A DNA stretch of 51,798 nt, filler included, from Basidiobolus ranarum (lineage: Eukaryota), in assembly GCA_040143965.1 (NCBI GenBank). It is 2 parts of 2 records of this genome, joined end to end, with 100 filler letters (N's around TTAATTAATTAA, not from the genome) between each part and the next. Parts side by side here need not be neighbours in the genome. Positions count along the whole stretch, not along the records: positions 26,004 to 51,798 come from JASJQH010007014.1; 1 more part is not named here. The stretch is one strand, 5' to 3'. The notes beneath the pieces are model-generated. The model was not told where the DNA came from, did not search any database, and worked only from the letters and a program-made list of their open reading frames with translations. This document shows positions 41,134 through 51,798 of this stretch, piece after piece (the first letter of the stretch is position 1; the number at the start of each line of letters is the position of its first letter). Made by a program: the position numbers and the translations under genes.

Positions 41134-43404
41134 CTATTGATTAGTGTAATTGCTCTGGCCATACGTTAAATTGGAAGAGTTAAATAATGGCAGAAAGTCA
41201 AAATAATCAGATGACAGTCCAGATTCCTGGTAAATCTTTTCAAACATTAACCGGTCATAGCTGACTGGACTATGATTATTGTACTTCAATGGTTCTGGTA
41301 AAATCGGATCTGCTGTGTTCAAATTGGAATTGGATTGCATTGGATCCAAAGTAAAGTGAGTTTGAGATCTATTCAAATCCTCAGGAAGCGGAATGAAATG
41401 TTGTGAAAATCCCACTCGGAATGGATTGTCTGGCGACGAAGAGCTATTCGTATCTTTCTCAAAGGGCCCCAGGGCTATATCTTTGAATGGCGTACTGCAG
41501 TAGCGATTAAATGCTTCCTTCAGTGTATCATGCCATGTATTGGACCCTGTGGTAGTTGGAGCAACCCATTGCATTGATATGGTGCCAGGATGTTGTTTGG
41601 AGTCCAAGTGACGATTGATATTAGAACAAACTAACTTCAACTTGTCCAATATGTTGAGCTGATACTCCACCAATGCCCTGCAGGTTTTAAGGTTGTTAAG
41701 AAAATTGATATGAATATCAAAAGCCTCTTTGGATCGTTGAGCGAGTTCCCCAGTGGAGGAGAACATATTATTAAGGTGGATAGTGGACGCAACAAACACT
41801 GTTTGCGAGGAGAACAGGTTGAAATAAGAGGGTTTGGATAAGTGGTAGTGCTTAATGATTCTTGTCACAGCGAACGCGGTCGAGGTGCATTTGTTCATTG
41901 ATGCTAAGCAGGATTCGGGCACAGAGATGTTGGCGTCTTGAATCGAGGAATGAACTGACGAGGTAGAATTATTAAATAAATCGGCCATGTGCGCAAGATA
42001 TGTCCGATGCAGCAGTATAGTGGCTCCGTAGTACACTATTTTGTGGTGATGTACGCATTCAAATTCTAAGGTGGCCTCATCTCCCCCCATGTACATATCG
42101 TTGTCTTGTTTCATTTCAGGTGGCAAATGATGCCACCATGCCGAAAGGGCATACTCAAGTATGGTAAAGCGTGCTGTTAAAGATCGCTTGGAAAGAATTC
42201 GCTTGGCTTTTGGTCGGTTGGCGTAGCGACTAATCTGACCCAATATTAGTATAATCTTGACCTTGATGCTGAATTGATTGGTTAAGAAAGAGGCGACGTT
42301 TGTGGGCTTCAATGACATACCAATAGCCATCTCCTCCTCGTCAGAGTCCATTTTCTCTGCGTTGGTAATGGGCTGACTGTTCTCCCAGTATTGATCTTCA
42401 CAAGGCAGCTGAACCTCACAATCGAATAAATCCACTAACTGAGGAGTACCTATTTCACTACTATACATGCGATCTTTGACGGTAGTTAACCAAAATACTC
42501 GCCTTTTCGTCTCTTTCTCAACCCAATCTCGTGGAGAAAGTAAAGTGTCGTCTTGATAATCCTCATCTAACCGGTAGATTCTGGATAGTTTTAAGTAATG
42601 GAAGGCTAATTCTAAATACATTTGGCTGATACCGAAATTGCCAGCAGTAAATTCGTAAATAAATAAAGTACTTAAAGCTTGAATAGTATCTATAGACGGC
42701 TTCATCAGATTTTCCTGTACAATGTATTGAGCTCGTGAAGCAAAAGGCTCTCCCAAACTATATGCTGGACCCGTCATGCCTCCTAATTCATCTAAAAATA
42801 TGGAACTGGCTGCACAGATGGCCAATATTAATAGATCCGAGTTCTCTCCTTTTTTTTCACGTTCCATGAAAGTTTGTTGGTGTATCAAAGGTTGCATATG
42901 GTGGAGAGTATCAAAATATACTTTTATTAAACGGTCCCGGATTTCTTTTGGAGGCATTCGTCCGTCTTTGATAACAAACCGACGACGATCCAGGTGATAG
43001 ATTACGTTTGTTTCCAGCCCCTTCACAGGCTGCTGTGGCAAAGTGAAAAAGGAGTTGTCTGTTTCTTTAGAATCTAGTGGTTCTTTTGATATTCCATTAG
43101 ATGGACTATTGTGGTCGCTAATTTGTGGAGATGTGCACGTGCTCGAGGCCAATAGTAAGCTCTCTAACCGCTTAAGCCTCTCTTCTACTAAGGATTCTGA
43201 TTCGTTTTTGGTTTGAGAAGCTTGTCGTTTTTGTCTTTTTTCTGGATACCAACATTTATTCCCACGACGTTTACAGTTGGAACATTGTGGTCGTTCAAAG
43301 GTGCATTTTACTTTCCTTCTATGACAATGGTCACAAGCTGGTTGGATCTTTTTTTTCGTGGGAGTTTCTGGTTGAGAGGTATGTTCAGAAGGGGAATCAG
43401 ACAT
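41134..43404 (-). CDS. Zn(II)2Cys6 transcription factor with a fungal-specific TF middle domain, intronless
   Basis: ACDHCHRRKVKC...PQCSNCKRRGNKCWY, LEERLKRLESLL coiled coil, YFDTLHHMQPLIH and EKETKRRVFW...DR. Confidence 0.95.
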   Translation of the reverse strand: MSDSPSEHTSQPETPTKKKIQPACDHCHRRKVKCTFERPQCSNCKRRGNKCWYPEKRQKRQASQTKNESESLVEERLKRLESLLLASSTCTSPQISDHNSPSNGISKEPLDSKETDNSFFTLPQQPVKGLETNVIYHLDRRRFVIKDGRMPPKEIRDRLIKVYFDTLHHMQPLIHQQTFMEREKKGENSDLLILAICAASSIFLDELGGMTGPAYSLGEPFASRAQYIVQENLMKPSIDTIQALSTLFIYEFTAGNFGISQMYLELAFHYLKLSRIYRLDEDYQDDTLLSPRDWVEKETKRRVFWLTTVKDRMYSSEIGTPQLVDLFDCEVQLPCEDQYWENSQPITNAEKMDSDEEEMAIGMSLKPTNVASFLTNQFSIKVKIILILGQISRYANRPKAKRILSKRSLTARFTILEYALSAWWHHLPPEMKQDNDMYMGGDEATLEFECVHHHKIVYYGATILLHRTYLAHMADLFNNSTSSVHSSIQDANISVPESCLASMNKCTSTAFAVTRIIKHYHLSKPSYFNLFSSQTVFVASTIHLNNMFSSTGELAQRSKEAFDIHINFLNNLKTCRALVEYQLNILDKLKLVCSNINRHLDSKQHPGTISMQWVAPTTTGSNTWHDTLKEAFNRYCSTPFKDIALGPFEKDTNSSSSPDNPFRVGFSQHFIPLPEDLNRSQTHFTLDPMQSNSNLNTADPILPEPLKYNNHSPVSYDRLMFEKIYQESGLSSDYFDFLPLFNSSNLTYGQSNYTNQ

Positions 43405-43861
43405 AAGAGAAAGAGTGGTTATGAAAAATCAGCAAAATGGCGGTAAAATTTGAGTACTTGAGGAATGTGGAAACATTTGAAATATCTATGGGAATAATTT
43501 TTCATTGTATTACTAATATTCAGTCACGTTAAGTGCAGCGAAACAGAGATCAATGAAAGTCAAAAAAATCGTTAGGTAATCGATGAAGCTGTCGATTAAT
43601 TGCATTCCGCAATAATAGTTAATGGTTAGATCACTTCATTGTAAAACGGAGTTTGTGTCTGACATAATGTGTGACATAGGTATTTATTAACAAAGATACC
43701 GAAATTTTAACTTGTCTGCGAGAACAATAAACGTACTGAACATTGAATGATTTTAATAGGTCATATGCTGTATGCTAGAATTAGTCGACAGAATACATCA
43801 AGAGTAAAAAGAGCCGTAAAGAACATTACATTAACTATACATGGGTTACTACGATCAGGAT

Positions 43862-45761
43862 CTAGCGTCTCTGCATCTTAATATACTTTATCCCCCAAGA
43901 GAACAGAAAAGCAATGCCAGAAGTAGCCACCGCAACGGTAAATATTAACTGAAGAGCATTAACATAGACATCAGTTACAACTTGTTGTTCTCCCAAAGGA
44001 AGGGATCTTATGAACCGGAAATCGTTCTTGGCCTGCTCAATGGATATGTTCAAGTGCAAACCCTCTAACCCTCCAGTGACTTGGTTGTTGAATAAAGCAC
44101 CGAAGATGGCTATACCAAGAACTCCACCAGTGGATCTGAAGAAGGTGGATAATGCGGTAACCACACCCATATCTTTTGGTGAGACTGCAGATTGTCCAGC
44201 GAAAAGTAAGGTTTGTATGCAACATCCCGCTCCTGTTCCAACTATAAGTAAGAAGCCAATCTGTTCACCACGATTGGTTGCTGCATTCCACAAAATTAGC
44301 AGACCTACACCGATTGTCATGATTGCCGATCCAACCCAGCACCAAATAACAACCACACCTGTTTTCGAAACAATGATCCCCGTAATTACGCTCAAGACAG
44401 ATGTTGCTAGCATCATGGGCAGCATCTCCAACCCAGATGCAGTTGCTGAGTCACCGCGAACGATTTGGAAATACAGTGGGATATAATAGATTAAACCAAA
44501 GAACGTCATTCCGAAAAAGAGGATTGTAATGAACGAGAATAAAGGAGTGCGCATTGCGAACAATCGACAAGGGACGATTGGCTCAGCAGCGAAACGATAT
44601 TCTACCACGACAAATGAGATGAGAAGGACGCCTGAAACACAAAAGAGCCCTATGATCTCGCCAGAATTCCAAGGATACTCACCACCGCCCCACTGTGTGG
44701 GAAGCAAGAGAGTAATGATACCAGCCAAGAGTAGGAATGTCCCAAGAAAATCAATGCGTTTGATTTTCTCCATAAGCGAGCATTGGGTGGTAGGAAGATG
44801 GAGGAACAAGCAGACGATAGCAATTGTGATTGCACCAATTGGCAGATTGATATAGAATGCCCATCTATATGATTTGAAGGGGATTTAAGCACCATTCTTA
44901 GCCAGAAACACAGGACCAATAAAATACTAACCTCCAACTGGCATGATCTGTCAAAGCACCGCCTAACAGAGGTCCGACAACTGAGGCAATTCCGTACTAG
45001 TTAACAAAAGGGGATTAGAACACACGACCTCACTGAATTGCTAAAATTCGATATGTTACCGTGGCACCGATGAATCCTTGATATTTGCCACGCTCTCTGA
45101 TGGGGACGATTTCAGCGATAATGATGAAAACCATTCCTTGAACTAAAGCAACGCCAGTTTGTGATCAGTAAGGAGTGATTGAGAATTTTACCAAATAATA
45201 CGTACTGCCGCCACCACCAATTCCCGCAATCGCTCGAGCAACAATTAGCATGACCATGCTTTGTGCAGCTCCACATAGAATACTTCCGATTTCGAAGACA
45301 AAGATGGCAAATAGAAATGCGATTTTACGACCAAAAATGTCTGAAAACTATATCCAATTGTTAGCAACTTCTCATGCACATAATAATCCATCGTCTTGTT
45401 GAATTACCTTGCCGTACAGTGGCTGACAAGCGGTGGCAGTTAACATGTAAGCTGTGCCAACCCAAGCGAGTTGATTTAAGGCACCGAAATCTGAGGCGAT
45501 TTTGGGCAAAGCTGTAGCGACAATAGTTTGATCTAAGCCAGCTAATAAGATAGCCAGTGCAAGGCCCAGAAAGATTAATAGGAGTCGGGAAAGAGGTAAT
45601 TCGGTGGGATGAGTGGGATCTCTAGGAGCAACATCTGCTCCTTTGAAAGAGGCTGGATCAGCCTCATGTTTTTCCAAATCTAAGTTCTCGACATACTCAT
45701 TAGGAAGAGTGACTTCGTCAGAAGGTAAATCTAACCGTTTTTCTGCCAAGTCTGATATCAT
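43862..45761 (-). CDS. MFS drug:H+ antiporter (DHA2, 14-TM); several introns
   Basis: Motifs [25 protein letters not shown]...[52 protein letters not shown] and FFRSTGG. Confidence 0.95.
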
Positions 45762-45883
45762 CTTGACTATGATATTGTACGAGTAGCTTGAATTTTGAAT
45801 AGCACAGATGGTAGTCGAAGTGTTATATATGAGATGAGCCTAAATTTTCTGCAACAAATCATCTAATTCAATGAATTATGAGA

Positions 45884-45963
45884 CCGCCGAGTACTAAAGG
45901 TCGGTGCCGAATCTCGGCGATATGGCTACATGAGTCAATTTTTCGACCGAGATTCGGTGCGAC
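45884..45963. promoter_or_regulatory. Putative Zn2Cys6 binding sites (two CCG-N5-CGG) flanking a TGAGTCA AP-1/Gcn4-type site in the MFS promoter
   Basis: CCGAATCTCGG (45907-45917) and its exact reverse complement CCGAGATTCGG (45947-45957), with TGAGTCA at 45931-45937. A TATATAA lies on the minus strand near 45823-45829. Confidence 0.65.
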
Positions 45964-48123
45964 AACTTAGATATTAATAAGACATCCGGTTCTAAATTAT
46001 GGTTAAAGTAATTAGCAAGATATAAATGTCTTAGTGGTGCAGGAGTTCAGGTTGAGAAACGAGTTTAAGCGACACAAACTCTTCTCAACTAATGATGTAA
46101 TTGACAACTCCTATAGTATTGCACTTGAAATATATACTGAACGTGATTGATCGCTGGCCTATAGCACCTAGCTTACTAATTACTCTATATATGCTTTCTT
46201 TAAAGTTTATGGCTTTTGAAATGTATTTGTACATGCCAGCCAACCAATAGGTTAGCATTGGCCTTGGCCAAGCTCTCCTTAATTGCCGTCACATTCACAA
46301 GAAATCTGGCTAGCAGTGCAAGTGACGCTCTTAAAGTCCTCTCTACACAGTGGACGTGTGGTGACACTGGTAGTTATTTGATAGTACATCTCACAAGTGC
46401 TATAGCTGTAATGTACAGCCATCCACGAAGTTACTGATGCAAGCTGAAAAAGACACACCTCTATTGATCTAACGCACTCTTTTTTAGTCGGCCTACCTGG
46501 TCAAGCGCCACTGGCCTAGTTTTACACCATACAAGATCACGATTCCATATGAGTTCATGACACCAAATACCATTTGGATCGATTCATGCAGAGTTAATAT
46601 TTTCACTATCGACAGGGAAAGGAATGAAATTCTTTTGTGGCATCCGCAATTCTTCATCTAAAAGAGAACTATTCCTGTTTTTATTTTAAAGGAAATCAAA
46701 TTGCTCATCACTATATCGAGTATATTCAGATTCGAATCAGCAAATATGAATCATGTCTCCCCAATTCTGGCGACCAACGGAATAGGAATTTTGTGCCTGA
46801 GGACCTATCTGTTTCAAGAAATAAAATCCATGTGCATATTGGATTGGAAAAGCCCTTGTCGCCAAATAGCGTAGAGTACAAAGGCACCTCCTATTCAATG
46901 GCAAGCATGGGCTACACGAGAGTTAATGATTTTAGCTTTTTAGGTGTTGGTAATTCTAGCCTCATTTGAGAAGCCACTACTTCGTTGCTAGATTGGCTCA
47001 AAATCACTTCAGTCCACACTAGCTCTTTAAATCCTACTCCCTAACGGTTGAGCTTAAAATAATGTTGTTGTTATTCTAAAATACCAACGTGTACTCAAAC
47101 TTCAAGTACAGATTTATATATTGTGGTGTATTGCCTATATCAGGAGTTGTGCTATCAAGCAAAATGCCGTAACTTTAGCCAATTAAAGTTCTCCCAATAT
47201 TGTGTGACCCAAACACTCTAACGCTGAGAATCTGATGGCTACTTGATACACAGGCAGAGAACCATATTGCTCATACTTGATAATAGTACCTAAACCTCGA
47301 TATCTTTGTACACCTTGTACACATTTATGGGGCAATGCCTGATTAACCGACCTGGATTACTTTCAGGTTGGCCTCATTTACTATAAATTCATTACAGCAA
47401 CTTTACTGCTTAAGTAAATGTCACTTTAACTGGTGTAACTGACTCCCTCGGTTCTTTCAGCGCTTACCTTCAAATTAGATCTATGGCATCAACATATTTT
47501 GCGTTTAGAAGATATAGGCACATCTTTTCTTATTATGACAAGTGCGGGCACTATTTCTCGTATGGATTTGGTAACTGCGGGTGTTTATTTCTTCTTTCTA
47601 GTGATCTTCATAGTTAGCATTGATGGGAAGGAATGTGAATCAGAGCACAACTCACTTAACAGTGCAAGTGTAAAGAGTTGGATTGGTTTATAGTTATCTT
47701 ACAGAATTCGTAGAAATATGTTCCTGTCACGAAAAGAATATTTGAAATGAAGGAAATTATGGTTTTGTAAAATCAATTTGTAAATAATAAATGCATAGAT
47801 CCCATACCAAACTGCGTATATGGTATTTCTGATCATGTATTGGCAATAGAGTTTCTTATGAAATCATATTACAACACAACTGCCTAGAGTCCATGAAAAC
47901 GGACAAGTATGTGAGTGTTGCGGTTAAGGTAAACTTGTATTTGTTAACACCCTTCACTCAAAGAACCATTGGTAGTTACTCTATGATTCCTAAATATTTT
48001 ATTATACAATGATACAAGCAATAAGGATGAAGTTATTTATTTATGATGGGTTAATGACTATGACAAGGAATATTCCCCAGACTGAATTCACTACAAAATT
48101 ATGCATGATATAAACTTGAAGTT

Positions 48124-48663
48124 TTAACAATTGTAACAGTATTGAGCGTATTGGAACACACTGCAACATTTACCACCACAGTTGTTTTGCACAGCCCATT
48201 GTCCATTCTGGCAAACTAAGAAATTGCTCCCTGAACATCCATACCTACCATTAACAAGACATTTAGCTCCTGGAGCCACGGTAGGGTCGGGCTTGTTAGA
48301 TGTAGTTGTTGTGGAGGAGGTAGGCTTAGTGGTTGACTTGGATGTGGTCTTGGTAGTGGTTGGTTTGGAGGTAGTCTTGGTAGTGGTTGACTTAGAGGTT
48401 GGTTTAGAGGTAGATTTGGAGGTAGTAGTTGGCTGGCTGTCACAATTGGGGCAGAATGCTGCGTAAGCTGGAACGCTACAGCAGCTTCCGGAACAGATAT
48501 TCTGTAGGAGCCACTTACTGGTAGATGTCTGGCAGGCGTAAAAATTTTGACCTTCACAGTAGTAGGAAGCACCGCTGTTTGAATTACAAGGAGCGGATGG
48601 AACAGCAGATACAAAAGCCAAGGTAGCTACGATGGTGCCAATGAGAATGCTAGAGAAATACAT
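48124..48663 (-). CDS. Secreted protein with two 8-Cys CBM19-like modules joined by a Thr/Ser/Lys-rich linker
   Basis: Signal peptide MYFSSILIGTIVATLAFVSA, two homologous Cys-rich modules, and TTSKP-type linker repeats. Confidence 0.9.
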   Translation of the reverse strand: MYFSSILIGTIVATLAFVSAVPSAPCNSNSGASYYCEGQNFYACQTSTSKWLLQNICSGSCCSVPAYAAFCPNCDSQPTTTSKSTSKPTSKSTTTKTTSKPTTTKTTSKSTTKPTSSTTTTSNKPDPTVAPGAKCLVNGRYGCSGSNFLVCQNGQWAVQNNCGGKCCSVFQYAQYCYNC

Positions 48664-50010
48664 TTCAGTTTAATAGGAAGCGAAAGAATTATCAGTACAA
48701 GATTCGATATTGAATTGTCTGTTATTGATCTGATAGTCCTGACATTTATATGGACAACAGAAAAGCGAATATCCTGCTGGTAGATGATTTTTTGCACCTC
48801 TACTGAATTAAGCCAACTCTCAATTTCTGAATTTAGTGCAACAAGGATAGCGCCGCAAAGCCTTTGTGATACAGAGTTGATGAATATTTTTAGTATCAAA
48901 GACGTAAGATTCATCAGTAAAAATAGAAGATACATCTTCAGCCTAGAACACTTAACGAAGTCAAATGAAGCTTTGACATCTACCTGACCCAGAGTAGAAA
49001 ATTTTCTGAGGAAGGGGGAGTCAAACCTGGCGTCTCGTGAGAATAAGATCTGCATAAATCATTAGCTGTGTGTAATATAGGTGGCGTCGATTGAGTAGTG
49101 TTATTTTGCCAACAGCGGAGATTGGAGCCGGGCCAAAGAGGCCCGCACTGTATGGGCTCAAATCTAACTGTCTAACACAATCATGCTGCTAATAATGGTC
49201 AACATCGCGATCTGCGGTTCACGATGCATCATATCCAATTTCGAAGATCAAAGGATTTTTTGGGGGATATTTAATTTACAACTAGCCCAAAGGCTTATAT
49301 TCTGAACTGTTGGCAATCATTAAAGTAACACTATTCATACTGATCAATATGTCCCAATATCTGCGAGGTCAATATGAAAGAGTATGGTAAATATATTTTT
49401 CTTTGAGAACCAATAATTCCTACTTGTTATCGTCCTATATAACAGAATCTGTCAGTCCAGACTCAATCGCAAGGGACTTGTACCCCTCTCATATATTAGC
49501 AGATATGATGCAAGTCGCTGACCACAATATATTGATCTCTCAATATATCTTCAAGAAGTAAATATGTAAATGAAGAAAGGGCATCAACTCACTAGTCAGA
49601 TATTGTGCTGGAATAAATCAATCCTTAGAAATATTTGGCCTAGACAAGAATATAGAATGCTTGCCTCATTGATGGATATGTGAACAAAAATGTATTAGAT
49701 AATATTGAAAGACTAAATAATTGAAGTATTGTAATTCACAATCATGATGAAGTTAATTTACCAAAGCCATGGTGATATTTCTGATGAGAACGGGAATTCT
49801 TGTTGACATAAGAATACAAAGTTACTACATACTGATATGTCCCATTATTAATCATATATCTCTTGAATATTTTAAAAATTGGACCTAAAATATGTATCGC
49901 GGATATATTGGAAAATCAGTGCAAGACAGTAAAATTTGACTGGTGAAAACCAACAGTTCTTCTAGCTCTCTACAGCTTCCAACAAACTCCAAAAAATACT
50001 TCAGCGGCAT

Positions 50011-50640
50011 ATGACTCCCAAGCTTGCACTCTCTGTAATGTTTACTTCTCAAATTTCTAGAACTTTTTCTTCCTCTGAAATATTCAAGGATTGTGAAGTT
50101 TGGGAAATTAAAATGAAAATGCTGCTGACTGATAAGATCCTTTGGGATACTGTTGAAGTAGAAGAAAAAAATTCAAAGCTATCTGAAGCCAAAGATTTGC
50201 ACCAGGATCAAAAATTACAAAGTTGTTTTAATTCAACTTCTCTTAATGTTAAAAACTAATTGCTAATTCAATGTTCAACAGCCATAACTGTTGAAATTAG
50301 CATAGCCTAAGCATGTATATAAGCATATATGGTACAGTATCTAGTATTCTATATTTCACCAATATATCACCCACCATGCTCAATCCTAATTTACTATGAA
50401 AACATTTGCCAACTTAGTAGTTCTATCAAATAAAAAATATACAAATGTGTGCTAGATGCCCTGTTGAAGGGTTTGACATAATGGGGGTAGACTTTGTAAA
50501 TTAGAGGCAACTTTTGATAGAGTCTTTACTTTTTTCTTAAGAGAATATGGTGACCTATATAGCAAAGATATAAGTCAGTTGTTTGAGATATACAAAAGTT
50601 TGTGTAATAAAATATATTAGATAAGTGGGGGTAATAGAAC
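50011..50640 (+). mobile_element. Highly degenerate Ty1/copia retrotransposon relic
   Basis: WEIKMKMLLTDKILWDTVE resembles the copia Gag N-terminus (W...M..LL....LW..V). Near 50500-50630 a broken frame (DFVN*..ENMVTYIAK) loosely resembles the end of copia RNase H and is followed by purine-rich AAGTGGGGG. The region lacks CpG. Confidence 0.55.
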
Positions 50641-50899
50641 ATATTTGTTATATAGATATAAAGATATTCATAATTAGAATAAAGGGGCTGAAGATATGTT
50701 GCTCTCTGCTTCTGATATATATATCATAACTCAAGTTGAATACAATGTTGAACAAAGATAAATTATGTAATATGCCCCAAACCATGAATACATGTTCCCA
50801 AAACCTTCTTGGCTCAATTTACAAGTTTGTTTGCTGCCATCTGGACAAAGTCATAAATATCAACTTTCTACTCAATAAATCAATAACTATACACTACAA

Positions 50900-51798
50900 G
50901 TTCTTCCAGTTTTCCCAACTACTGCCAACAAACTCCCAAAAAACTTCAACAAAAGCTGCCAATAAGGTGTGAAATTAGCAACTGCTACCTAGCCAACTAT
51001 TGAATACCCCTCCATAGAAAATTTGGATAGAATAATACAGCAAGGGAATCTCAGGCAGAATACTGTATTGATTTGTTTGCAATTGTAAGCAAAAACTACA
51101 AAGTTGCTTTACAGGCCATGACAAGCAATAATGCCTCAATATTGCAAATAATGCAGCATTCTGAAGCAACTAGTCAACAGTCAGAGACTCACTCAACAAT
51201 GATACATTATCTTCAGAATGCTCTACTTGAGCTACAGCAACATGCTGCTCCCTGCATCCATTCTCATAATTGATTTCAATCAATCCCATAGCATATATAT
51301 GAATATCACCATGACAATCTAGCAGAGCAGAACATGTGATGGATCATTAAGCCTACATAACAACCCCATATTGCTTGGCCATATGAAAGTAGAATTCTCA
51401 TAGGAAACTAGCAAACCCAAAGACTCTTATTATCTGACTGTTGTCACTAGCTCTGATGATGAGTGGTTTAACATATTGGAATCTATGTGGAATCTTGCCC
51501 AAAATCACCTCAATTTGAGCCAATTGTGGAAAAACCAAAAACTAGGTGTTACTCTGAAGGATCTTGACTTATTTCATGTGGCTCATCCTGGGTTTTTGCA
51601 AGCAAATGATAATTGGGCTAGTATAGGCCTATTCATGTGACATGTCAAAAATGTACACAATTATCAACTTGAAAAGAAAGAAAAGCAGCAAAAGAAGTAC
51701 TCAAGAAGCAGGAAGTTAGTTAACCCAAGGGGAAAGCAAAGGAGCCAGTGAGTTTAGGCTCTACTGTCCCACTTACCACATTCTTCACATCATTGCAC
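50900..51798 (+). pseudogene. Decayed coding-like relic, probably transposon-associated
   Basis: Interrupted protein-like frames (MIHYLQNALLELQQH; HPGFLQANDNWASIGLFM*HVKNVHNYQLEKKEKQQKK) in CpG-free DNA. Confidence 0.3.

Noticed and set aside
48300..48430. Short degenerate tandem repeats
   Set aside because: They encode the Thr/Ser/Lys linker of the secreted protein; not a CRISPR array or an independent repeat.
49744..49836. C/D-box-like words (ATGATGA ... CTGA)
   Set aside because: No convincing terminal stem or rRNA-complementary guide. Such words are frequent in AT-rich DNA.

Overview
Eukaryotic, AT-rich, intron-rich fungal DNA. Gene content (CBM19-like secreted proteins, a tyrosinase relic, a fungal P2C-type ATPase, a CENATAC homologue) suggests an early-diverging fungus such as Basidiobolus, but this is inference. 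The left half is conserved housekeeping: NRDE2 (-) head-to-head with CENATAC/CCDC84 (+), then TRM4/NSUN2 (-), an RTG3/MiT-TFE-like bHLH factor (-), a tubby/LURP-like orphan (+), VTI1 (+) and an intronless RNR2 (+). After a synthetic 100-bp scaffold gap, the right half is more accessory: an orphan secreted protein, a tyrosinase pseudogene, a polyol SDR, a P2C ATPase with two altered catalytic motifs, an orphan ORF, a Zn2Cys6 regulator next to an MFS efflux pump whose promoter carries paired CCG-N5-CGG sites, a secreted protein with two 8-Cys modules, and CpG-free transposon relics. I saw no tRNA, rRNA, CRISPR array or U12-type intron. All gene models were spliced and translated by hand; no database search was run.
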